This document shows positions 38,276 to 46,759 of a DNA stretch of 64,000 nucleotides, piece after piece (within the stretch, counting starts at the first letter, position 1; the number at the start of each line of letters is the position of its first letter). The translations under genes and the position numbers were made by a program. The DNA lies in the sequence record NC_028829.1; one strand, 5' to 3'. Under the pieces are notes generated by a model, which ran no database searches, was not told the origin of the DNA, and was given only the letters and a program-made list of their open reading frames with translations.

Positions 38276-39337
38276 TTAGTTTTCAATGTTGTACGTCACG
38301 TCAGTAGAGCTAATGACAGATTCACGAGAATGATCCCAAACTACACCGTACGAGGCGCCCACTTCATCTCTGTTATACCAGTAGATGTTATAATCGCTAT
38401 CAATTGTAGAGCGAGTAGACCAATCAAATTCACTCGATGCGCTCACTGAACTATATGTCGAATACTCAACATCAATATTACCGCTCGTGCTAAATCGTCT
38501 CGACCAATCAACATCAAGGTCGCTACTTATATCACTACGTATATTCCAATCAACATCGTATGATGATTCGATTCTATATCGCCAGCTAATTGAACTAGCA
38601 GCATCGACTTGAGAACGAACGCTCCAATCAATGTCACATGAACTAGAAACAGCTTCACGTTCTGCATGAATGATTGATTGCTCTTCGTCTTGGAAGTTCA
38701 AGTAAATCGTTCTAATCTCACCGAACTGAGAATTTGTAGGTGGGTATAACCAACCTTTAAGACGCAAGTTCAATGTCCATTCGATATGTCGCATATCGCC
38801 AGCCGCGCCTTCAAATGTCGCTTCGGGTACGGCTGATTCTAATATAATAGGAATATCACGCTCATCTACTACAACCTCATTTTCATCAAGCTCTTTAATC
38901 ATAGTGTTAAATTGTGGTTGAAAATAAGGAAGTATTTGTTCTATAATTTGAAATGCATCATCTTGATGACGTGTATAAACACTGACTTCAAATTCAAAGT
39001 CGTAAGGGACTGAGTTAAAGAGCTTATTCGATTTAGGTCGATCACCCGTATAATCACGTGTCAGCTTACGGTTTGAAACGTTAGTTTTTCTCGTCGCGTC
39101 ATAAGTACACGACACCATGTCCAAGCCAATTCTTGGTAGCAGCGTAGCTACATTCGCTACGCTACCGTCGCCGTTAAGCTCTTGACTATTCAAAGATGCA
39201 ACGAATTGCTCCTTTGAAGAAACTGTAATTGGCACCTTTCTATACGTATCTCCGCGAGATACGTATATGTTAGAGAACAAGTTTCCCATCAAGAGAACGT
39301 ATTTGCGTATCGATCTGTGATAGAAATACCCTTTCAC
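38276..39337 (-). CDS. 15: Tail terminator gp15 with a C-terminal extension of ~14-aa repeats
   Basis: YFYHRSIRKYV.LMG.LFS, QIIEQILPYFQP; repeats over aa 229-353. Confidence 0.93.
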   Translation of the reverse strand: MKGYFYHRSIRKYVLLMGNLFSNIYVSRGDTYRKVPITVSSKEQFVASLNSQELNGDGSVANVATLLPRIGLDMVSCTYDATRKTNVSNRKLTRDYTGDRPKSNKLFNSVPYDFEFEVSVYTRHQDDAFQIIEQILPYFQPQFNTMIKELDENEVVVDERDIPIILESAVPEATFEGAAGDMRHIEWTLNLRLKGWLYPPTNSQFGEIRTIYLNFQDEEQSIIHAEREAVSSSCDIDWSVRSQVDAASSISWRYRIESSYDVDWNIRSDISSDLDVDWSRRFSTSGNIDVEYSTYSSVSASSEFDWSTRSTIDSDYNIYWYNRDEVGASYGVVWDHSRESVISSTDVTYNIEN

Positions 39338-39346
39338 GATGCCCCC

Positions 39347-40186
39347 TTAAAAACTGTCAAATGGATTACTGTTATTTACACTAAACCCAACTGGTGCTTC
39401 TTGACGTGGGTCTGTTGGTTTAACATCACTACCCTGAGGCACAACTTGCTCAGATTCGTAGTATTTTTCAACTTCATCTTCGATTTGAGTAATTTCATCA
39501 CCCTGCTCGATTCCGATGTCCCAGCGACCATCAAGTGAATTAATCTTGTCAATATCAATCATTTCGTCAGTATCTTGACCAAAGTTTAAAATGTCGTCAA
39601 TCGAGTCAACAACTGCGTCTGGCTTCTCAAGATTGATTTCCTCACCAGAGTATACAAATTTCGTCATTTTCATCTTACGCATAGGTAAAACACCATTCAT
39701 ATACCACGGGTCTTCTCTCTCAACCCAACTAATCTCAAATAGACTGTTAGCAAGCGGGAAATATATCAAGTCGCCCATTAGCGGTTGATTACCGTCGCCT
39801 TGTTGAGCGAACAGTTTTGGGTTGATACAGACATTCATTTCATCGTTAACTTGAAAGCCGAACTTACTATACCAATCGCCGTCGCCATCCCAGCCGTCAA
39901 ATGATTCAACATACAACGCCATTCTGAAGTTCTTGGTAAATTTACTCAACGGGTCTTCGCCGAATACAAGATCGACGTTTTGCATTTCACGTCGAATGTA
40001 AACACATTCAACGCCACGGTTGATGATAGACTCTGCAACAAGCATGTCTGTTAAATTCTGTTCGTTGGTATGATTTACCCAGTTGAAATAAGGGTTGACT
40101 AAATGATCATTGTAGATCTTGTCAAACCCTTTTTGACTTTCCAACTTAGCGAACATACCACCTGTATTGTCGTCGTATGCTCCCAT
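39347..40186 (-). CDS. 14: Neck protein gp14
   Basis: NPYFNW, DLVFGED, SKFGFQVNDE, GDLIYFP. Confidence 0.95.
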   Translation of the reverse strand: MGAYDDNTGGMFAKLESQKGFDKIYNDHLVNPYFNWVNHTNEQNLTDMLVAESIINRGVECVYIRREMQNVDLVFGEDPLSKFTKNFRMALYVESFDGWDGDGDWYSKFGFQVNDEMNVCINPKLFAQQGDGNQPLMGDLIYFPLANSLFEISWVEREDPWYMNGVLPMRKMKMTKFVYSGEEINLEKPDAVVDSIDDILNFGQDTDEMIDIDKINSLDGRWDIGIEQGDEITQIEDEVEKYYESEQVVPQGSDVKPTDPRQEAPVGFSVNNSNPFDSF

Positions 40187-40189
40187 AAA

Positions 40190-41119
40190 TCACCCCATGA
40201 ATACGCCAAGCGGAACGGTCAGTGACATAAGTTCTTCACGCAAGCGATTCATTTCTTCTTCTGCCTCTGCGTAAATCTCTTTACCGTCTACTGTAATACC
40301 ACCTGGTAATTGAAGCCCTTGGTGCTTCTTCAGAATCGTACCGTTAAGCTGTTTAACCATAGCAGTAGCCATGTCTTTAACCCAACGCACCGAATATGCG
40401 TTCTGTTCAGCGAACTGGTTAGGGTTACCGATTGTGTTATTCTGTCTTAGAATCGCATACGGGTCATCCCAACGCTCTTGCGCTGTAGTGTCTTCATATG
40501 AACCAATTGTTGCTGCTTTGTTACCGATGATACCAGTCGCAGATTCAGAAACTAACAATGCACTAGGAACATATGCTTCGACTACAACAACTTCATTCGG
40601 TTGCAAATTGGCATTGATGCGCAATTGTTTGTTAACACCATTATACCAGTAATCGTGTTCTGGTGACATTAAGTCCATCATCAAACTTTTGTATGACATC
40701 AAGTTCCAATAATCACTTAAACCGCCACCACTACCACCTAACATACCTTGATGATACGAATTGCATGAACCTTGTCCTGCACCACCCGCTAGACCTTGTA
40801 AAAAGTCGCTGAACCATGAGTATGTCGCAGTTCCGTCCATGGTGAAGAAGCTACTTTCACCGCGCAAAATTTTCGTGATCGCAGTCGCGGGGATATCAAG
40901 ATCTATGATACCTGTTTGAGCTTGTTCTTCAGACAATGAAATGATAGAATATGTTTTGTTCACCCCATCTGGGTGATATTCAATGTAAAGTTCTAGCGCA
41001 CGTGAAATGCAGTCGTATATCTGATCTTCAGACACTTCGACATTGACAATAGGCGCACCAAGGCGCCTTAAAATCAAATCTTTCATTTCACGAGGCGATG
41101 TAGCGTTATACGCTTGCAT
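40190..41119 (-). CDS. 13: Neck protein gp13
   Basis: ILRRLGAP, RWVKDMAT, QLPGGITVDG. Confidence 0.95.
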   Translation of the reverse strand: MQAYNATSPREMKDLILRRLGAPIVNVEVSEDQIYDCISRALELYIEYHPDGVNKTYSIISLSEEQAQTGIIDLDIPATAITKILRGESSFFTMDGTATYSWFSDFLQGLAGGAGQGSCNSYHQGMLGGSGGGLSDYWNLMSYKSLMMDLMSPEHDYWYNGVNKQLRINANLQPNEVVVVEAYVPSALLVSESATGIIGNKAATIGSYEDTTAQERWDDPYAILRQNNTIGNPNQFAEQNAYSVRWVKDMATAMVKQLNGTILKKHQGLQLPGGITVDGKEIYAEAEEEMNRLREELMSLTVPLGVFMG

Positions 41120-41129
41120 AACTTACCCC

Positions 41130-42812
41130 TTATACTTTTAGTACAAATGATTCATGGTCGATAGTAACGTTAGCCGCTGTGCTAGCCAATACTCGAATCT
41201 CACTCAAGTCATCTAGATTCGCAACGTTAGTGATTGTAACTGGAGTAACTTGGTTTGCACGAAGCGTACGTGTTTTCTCGATTGATGAGCTTGTGCCGTT
41301 ATCATGGTCGAAATCAATTCGAATCGTGATTGTAGTGTTTATCGGTGAAACAACAACCCAGTGAATAGACATCGTTTTGCTCAGTGATAGACCGTTACGT
41401 GTCAATACACCCCCTGCATACGTGTAGCCACTTACATCTGTATCAACGTTGAATAAACTAAACACATCTGTCGGAGTAGTTGTAAGATCAACAGTGCTCG
41501 GGGTATCAGAAGTCAACAATGCATGATCAAGCTGTGATTCGAGTTCTAGAACACGCGCACGTAAGGTGCCCACTTCACTATCACTCTGACCAACTACAGC
41601 CAATAGACCGTCAACGTCTGCTTGAGCAGAATCAACCAAACCACGGTTTTCTTGAATTGTGTACCATGCAGTAAATTCAACGGGGTTTGTACGCTCACCT
41701 AGACTAGACTCAAGCTGTGACACTCTGTAAGACACTGTGCCAGTTTCTGCGTCAGTAGCCCCTAAACGACCCCACAAGCTATTAATATCGTCGTTAAACG
41801 TCGATAGACGAGCTTTCATGCTACCAGAGTACACGTCACCTACTGCGTATGATCCGATATCAGTTGACACTTCAATATATAAGTTAGTAACGGCGCCAAT
41901 CTGTGACTGATTATCTGCAATTGTAACTTCATTCGCGCTAACGCGATCAAGTAGACCTGTAGTCGGTGTCTCAACTTCCTGTTGTAATAATGCAATATCT
42001 GATGCATTGTCTGAAATAGAACTTTCAGCATCATCAAGACGAAGATACACGGGACGAGCAGGGTCGGCATCTGCCGTTTCACCTAGTTCATCACGAATCT
42101 GATCAACAGAACCAACTTGCGAGTTTTGCTCTAGTTCGTATAAACGACCGTTGATTGAAAGCGGGATTGCGTTCTCGCCGATTTCAGCGTTGATCGTAGC
42201 TGTTTTGTTGTACAGATCTTCAATCTGATATTTCATACCAGTTGGGTTTGTACTAGGCGATGGGTTGCCATTGACATCGTAGTTACGATCATTACCAATA
42301 CGACGCTTGATGAAATATAGGTCTTTACGAACTGTATCGTTGTTTTCAACTTCGTTTGGAATATCTAGGCTGTTACGAACACCAATATCTGCTTCAACAT
42401 CTTCGATGCCTTTATGCAGACCTGTTGCAAGTACGTCAACACTACTCGGTACACCGATGTCATCAATGACGTTAGTCATTTGACCTTCAAGTACATCAAT
42501 ATCAAACTCGTTTTGTGACACACGAGAACCCAAGTTAGCGTCACCGCCACCTGTCAGTTCGTTAACAGTATCAACAAGTTCTTCAATTGCGCTTTGCTGT
42601 GCTTTTGTGTTGTAATGAGAGTTTAGAACGTTTTCTTGAATCTGTACTCCTGCGCGGTTTAATACACCGTCTGAAGTCGTGTCACCAGAAGCACCGTTGA
42701 TGCTTTCACCGTTCTTAGCCCAATTGATTCGAGTCTGATCGGGACGTTGAGAAGGATCTGGTTGACCATTTACATATCTAAGCTCTTCAATGATAGGCTT
42801 TTGAATTGTCAT
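41130..42812 (-). CDS. wac: Fibritin (whisker/collar), start MTIQKP
   Basis: YVNGQP...RINWAKNGE, GVLNRA; long segmented coiled coil. Confidence 0.9.
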   Translation of the reverse strand: MTIQKPIIEELRYVNGQPDPSQRPDQTRINWAKNGESINGASGDTTSDGVLNRAGVQIQENVLNSHYNTKAQQSAIEELVDTVNELTGGGDANLGSRVSQNEFDIDVLEGQMTNVIDDIGVPSSVDVLATGLHKGIEDVEADIGVRNSLDIPNEVENNDTVRKDLYFIKRRIGNDRNYDVNGNPSPSTNPTGMKYQIEDLYNKTATINAEIGENAIPLSINGRLYELEQNSQVGSVDQIRDELGETADADPARPVYLRLDDAESSISDNASDIALLQQEVETPTTGLLDRVSANEVTIADNQSQIGAVTNLYIEVSTDIGSYAVGDVYSGSMKARLSTFNDDINSLWGRLGATDAETGTVSYRVSQLESSLGERTNPVEFTAWYTIQENRGLVDSAQADVDGLLAVVGQSDSEVGTLRARVLELESQLDHALLTSDTPSTVDLTTTPTDVFSLFNVDTDVSGYTYAGGVLTRNGLSLSKTMSIHWVVVSPINTTITIRIDFDHDNGTSSSIEKTRTLRANQVTPVTITNVANLDDLSEIRVLASTAANVTIDHESFVLKV

Positions 42813-42852
42813 TTTTTGTTCCCTTGTATTGTAAATGAACATAGCTTACTAC

Positions 42853-42860
42853 TATTTATA
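42853..42860 (-). promoter_or_regulatory. Late promoter TATAAATA (wac)
   Basis: Exact consensus. Confidence 0.85.
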
Positions 42861-42900
42861 GCAATACAAAGAAACAGAGAGGGAATGTCTTTATGTGTTA

Positions 42901-42930
42901 ATAATAGCAAGCATATTCATGGTATTAAAC
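42901..42930 (-). promoter_or_regulatory. Promoter GTTTAA-N18-TATTAT at the end of repeat copy 2
   Basis: Same geometry as 16983-17012. Confidence 0.55.
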
Positions 42931-42951
42931 ACGTATTTAATACTAATCATA

Positions 42952-43017
42952 CTAATACTTCTAATATCACTAAAACCACTAATACTACTAAGATGAGACG
43001 GAATTTTTCCGCCTCTT
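42952..43017 (-). repeat. Copy 2 of the 66-bp element (inverted relative to 16907-16972)
   Basis: Base-by-base comparison. Confidence 0.95.
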
Positions 43018-43041
43018 GCCATTTCTTCGCTGCGCTAATAC

Positions 43042-43070
43042 AAAAAAAGGGTGAGAAATCAATCTCACCC
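43042..43070 (-). terminator. Terminator after the second gp12-like gene
   Basis: GGGTGAGA-TTGATT-TCTCACCC-T7. Confidence 0.9.
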
Positions 43071-43110
43071 GTTTATTAGCATTGACTTTCAAGCTATAAT
43101 ATGCTTGTCT

Positions 43111-44538
43111 TTATGCAGTTCTTTCCCACATGTAAACAGTATAGTATGGCTGTACGTTATTATGTGGTTGACCACCACCTTCTGGTGATGAGTAATACAA
43201 GTAGTTGTCGTTATCAGTGCGACCTGAACCTGGGTTGCTTCTACCATATTCGTATGCAACTCCAAACCCTAGTCCGTTGCCACCGTAAGTCCAACGATCA
43301 CCCCAACCCGCGTGTTTGTGAGTTGGCATTGTTTCTTCAGTTAAGATAACTTCGTATTCACCACCTGTTTGTCTTACGTTGAATGTTCTACCACCATGTG
43401 TACCTTCAGATACAAGCACGCGACCTTCTGCAATTCTAGACCATGTTCCGCCGAATAGCGTAGCTGGTGATGTAGATTCAAGTGACATGTAAATAGCACC
43501 GACAGGGTACATATTCAACATAGCTGATGATTCAATCAGACCATTTGTCATTAACTGAGTACCACTTACAGATTGAACATCGTCAATTTTCAATGTACCA
43601 GTTACTGTCCCGCCTGAAACCCCAATCTTTTCATTATTCAACTTATAACCCATTGCAGCACTTAGTGCTTGAGTCGCGTCGTTTGTTGTTAGATTGTTTG
43701 CAAGTTTCGCAACACCGACACGTGAGCTAGTCGCAGTGAATAAATCTAATGTACCGACTGTGACTGCATGGTCATTAGATGTACGCGCATTTGCAACTGT
43801 TGAGTTCGGTAGATAGAAACCTGCCTTTCTCGTAGTTGTCGCTGTGCGTTCATTGAATCGATACGGTGAAATTGCTAGATTGTTTTCTGATGCTGATGTG
43901 CTGTTTACTTCAGTTGCATTTGCTAATCGAATCAACCCTTTCGTCGTTTCTGTAGCATCTGATGCGGTAGTATTCGCCCACACGTCAAGCATTTCCTTAA
44001 CTCGCTGTGGGGTCATAGCCACACTATTAGACAATGTGCCTGTTGTCGTTGCTTGTGCATATGTCGCTAGCCGTACAGCACCCGGCGAAGATTCAGTTGC
44101 ATAGAAACGAGTATTCAACGCGTAGTTCAATGTTTTAAGCGTGAATGCATGTTTCTGTGCTTCTTCTACTGCGGCTGTCGGGTCAATGTTATCAATCGTG
44201 CTGTTTGTAATCAGCTTCACAAAACCGTATTGAAGTTCTGTTGCAGTCGCGTGATTTTCCATCCAATAATTTAATGCAGATGGTGTCACTGCGCTTGTGT
44301 TATTAAGCTCATCTGCGACTGCTGCATTATCACTTAACAATGTAATACCCGCGACAGATGTTGATGCTATAGGGTAATCGGGTAATGGTTGAAGTGCATG
44401 AGCTTGTACAAGCTCAAGACACGTTTGGAGATCGTTATTACCCCCAGTAAGACCATCAAAGGAAGTACCTTCGACTTCAACTGTAACCGTACCCGCATCG
44501 TCAATCACGTGATTGAAAATTTGAGTTCCTTTACTCAT
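43111..44538 (-). CDS. 12: Short tail fibre gp12-like protein B (475 aa)
   Basis: gp12-type N-terminal repeats (ATETTKGLIRLA); YPVGAIY collar; HKH motif. Confidence 0.8.
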   Translation of the reverse strand: MSKGTQIFNHVIDDAGTVTVEVEGTSFDGLTGGNNDLQTCLELVQAHALQPLPDYPIASTSVAGITLLSDNAAVADELNNTSAVTPSALNYWMENHATATELQYGFVKLITNSTIDNIDPTAAVEEAQKHAFTLKTLNYALNTRFYATESSPGAVRLATYAQATTTGTLSNSVAMTPQRVKEMLDVWANTTASDATETTKGLIRLANATEVNSTSASENNLAISPYRFNERTATTTRKAGFYLPNSTVANARTSNDHAVTVGTLDLFTATSSRVGVAKLANNLTTNDATQALSAAMGYKLNNEKIGVSGGTVTGTLKIDDVQSVSGTQLMTNGLIESSAMLNMYPVGAIYMSLESTSPATLFGGTWSRIAEGRVLVSEGTHGGRTFNVRQTGGEYEVILTEETMPTHKHAGWGDRWTYGGNGLGFGVAYEYGRSNPGSGRTDNDNYLYYSSPEGGGQPHNNVQPYYTVYMWERTA

Positions 44539-46073
44539 TTAACTCGTCTCCAAATGTAAACTGGGTAGTATGGCATCATATTCTCATGCGGCTCATTACC
44601 ACCAACTGCTTCGTTGTAATACATGTAATTATCACGATCAGTAGATTTCGAACCGGGATTATTACGCGAACCTGTTATACCGAATCTCCAGTAACTGACA
44701 GTATTATATTCATCACAAGTATACGTTACACCATACGGACTTCGATGCGTTTCGTAGCGAATACACCCCTCGCGTGAGCCTGTATATGCTTCACCCCAAC
44801 CTGCATGTTGGTGTTGTGGTAAATTACTCTCGTATAACTGAACACGGTCGATGTCACTAAACGAACCCGCTGCATAATATCTGCGAGTGAACCCATCATC
44901 ACCGATACCCTGCCCCATCATAGTTCGACCTGCTCTCATCTTATACCATACGCCACCGAAAATCTCATTCGGGTCAACTGATGAAGTACAGTGAAAAATA
45001 CTACCAACAGGGCGCCCTTCAAGACCGATCTTCGCGTCTAATTGATTGTTCGGGAACATTTCCCTCTGCTCTTGAACAGTTGTGTAATATGTTCCGCCAT
45101 AACTGCTCTGCTTTTGACGAGAAATGATGTTTGTGTAAATGTTGTCACATTTCAAAACACCCGTAATTGTCCCACCGTCTGGGCCTAATAGTGTATTCAA
45201 ATCAACGCCAAGTGCAGCACTTGTTGCTTTTGTTGAGTCGTTTACATACGAGCTTGGTAGTTCAAAGAACCCGTGTTTAGTCGGTGTCGCTATTAGATTG
45301 TCGATTGTACCGGGAGTTATAGCATATTCATCTGAATCGCTTGCATTGCGGTCATAGTTGTTCTGTGTTAATTTGAATGCACCACGCTTAGATGTCGTCG
45401 CTTTAACGTAATTAAGACCTTTAACTGTAATTGCAATCGAACCGTCTGATTTATACCCGTCTCGTTCTGCTACAGTACGAAGCACACCCGTGTATGTTTC
45501 TGTCGCTTGAGCCCAAGGGTTTGGTATCTCTGCTTTAATTAAGTTCCACGTTCTAAGTGGAGAAATGAATCGGTCAGGGTTATATGCTAAAGTTTCGCTT
45601 AGATTTGCAAACTCAGCAAAACCTTGTGATTCGTTTGTTGTGTCATCTGCTAGTGCATTACGAGTCGTCATCATTTCATTTAGACGGCGATATGACAGCA
45701 AACGACTTGCATCTGATGACGAATATGTTCTTGTCAAATCAGTATTACGCAATTCTTGTAGATTACCTAACTGAGTACTGGTTGCTGGAGACACGAACTG
45801 GTCAACCCCGTCTAGTGACGCTGGTGTGATTACAGTTAATAAGTCGTCAAGTGCATTAGCTTCTGCTTGAGTTGCGTACTCAACAATACCAACCTCAGTC
45901 GTTGTCGCATACGGAAGTGACGGAAGTGGTGCTAATGCGCTATCGTCAAATAGCTCCATTATACTCTGCACATCACCGCCTGACTCAAACGCTGAACCAG
46001 GCGATGTGAAGGGCTGTAGGTAAACATATTGCGCTGCATCACTAGCGTGCGTGAATATGTTTGTTCCTGACAT
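44535..46073 (-). CDS. 12: Short tail fibre gp12-like protein A (512 aa)
   Basis: N-terminus like T4 gp12 (FTHASD.AQYV); ATTTEVGIVEYATQAE; PVGSIF collar; HQH motif. Confidence 0.8.
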   Translation of the reverse strand: MSGTNIFTHASDAAQYVYLQPFTSPGSAFESGGDVQSIMELFDDSALAPLPSLPYATTTEVGIVEYATQAEANALDDLLTVITPASLDGVDQFVSPATSTQLGNLQELRNTDLTRTYSSSDASRLLSYRRLNEMMTTRNALADDTTNESQGFAEFANLSETLAYNPDRFISPLRTWNLIKAEIPNPWAQATETYTGVLRTVAERDGYKSDGSIAITVKGLNYVKATTSKRGAFKLTQNNYDRNASDSDEYAITPGTIDNLIATPTKHGFFELPSSYVNDSTKATSAALGVDLNTLLGPDGGTITGVLKCDNIYTNIISRQKQSSYGGTYYTTVQEQREMFPNNQLDAKIGLEGRPVGSIFHCTSSVDPNEIFGGVWYKMRAGRTMMGQGIGDDGFTRRYYAAGSFSDIDRVQLYESNLPQHQHAGWGEAYTGSREGCIRYETHRSPYGVTYTCDEYNTVSYWRFGITGSRNNPGSKSTDRDNYMYYNEAVGGNEPHENMMPYYPVYIWRRVK

Positions 46074-46759
46074 TATGCAATCCTTCTGTAATAATACACA
46101 GGGTCTGTGAATGTAGTTGAATCAGTGTGATATAATTCCCACTCGCCGTAACCAAGACTCGTCTGACCGTCTGATGTACCCGTGACAACGCTTTTCGCTT
46201 GAATCCCAGTTGGTGCCCCTAAAGGGTCTAGAATGTCTGCAAACGTCGCTGTGTACGCTGTATTGTGCGGTCTTGAGCTTCGGTGCTTCAAAAGAAACGT
46301 GTTTGATGGTGGTACATGATCTGTCGGAACCATGTCAAACAGATCTGATTCTAGTAACGCAGTGAACACTTTCTCTGCAATATCGTTATCAGAATCGCCT
46401 ACTTCTAGTTGAACAGGAACACCGTATAGCGTTATGTATTCAACTCCCGATGTACCATTGTAAGTAATCGTTTCATTAAATTGGTTTGTGTTGAATGGGT
46501 TCGAAGCGTCAGTTGAAGCAATGATTGTCCCTACTGGCATAATTGCTGCCATAGCAAGCTGCATAATCGCAGCTTGCACGTTTGGGTCCCACGCACCGTC
46601 TTGAATCTCATCGATTGTCGAATCGCCCAATACCGCACCGCGGAAATTGAAGCGATCACCCGGGAATAATCCCGAGTCGCTAATCGCATCTTGATCGAAA
46701 ACTTTCATGCGTGAGTCATTACTCCACACTTGTGACGCATGTCTTGCTTTAGTCGTCAT
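46073..46759 (-). CDS. 11: Baseplate wedge gp11
   Basis: Follows gene 10; MPVGTII; ends YYYRRIA. Confidence 0.8.
   Translation of the reverse strand: MTTKARHASQVWSNDSRMKVFDQDAISDSGLFPGDRFNFRGAVLGDSTIDEIQDGAWDPNVQAAIMQLAMAAIMPVGTIIASTDASNPFNTNQFNETITYNGTSGVEYITLYGVPVQLEVGDSDNDIAEKVFTALLESDLFDMVPTDHVPPSNTFLLKHRSSRPHNTAYTATFADILDPLGAPTGIQAKSVVTGTSDGQTSLGYGEWELYHTDSTTFTDPVYYYRRIA

Noticed and set aside
43082-43100. TTGACT paired with TATAAT as a canonical sigma70 promoter
   Set aside because: The spacer is only 7 nt; the GTTTAT-N18 pairing is the only geometry that works.
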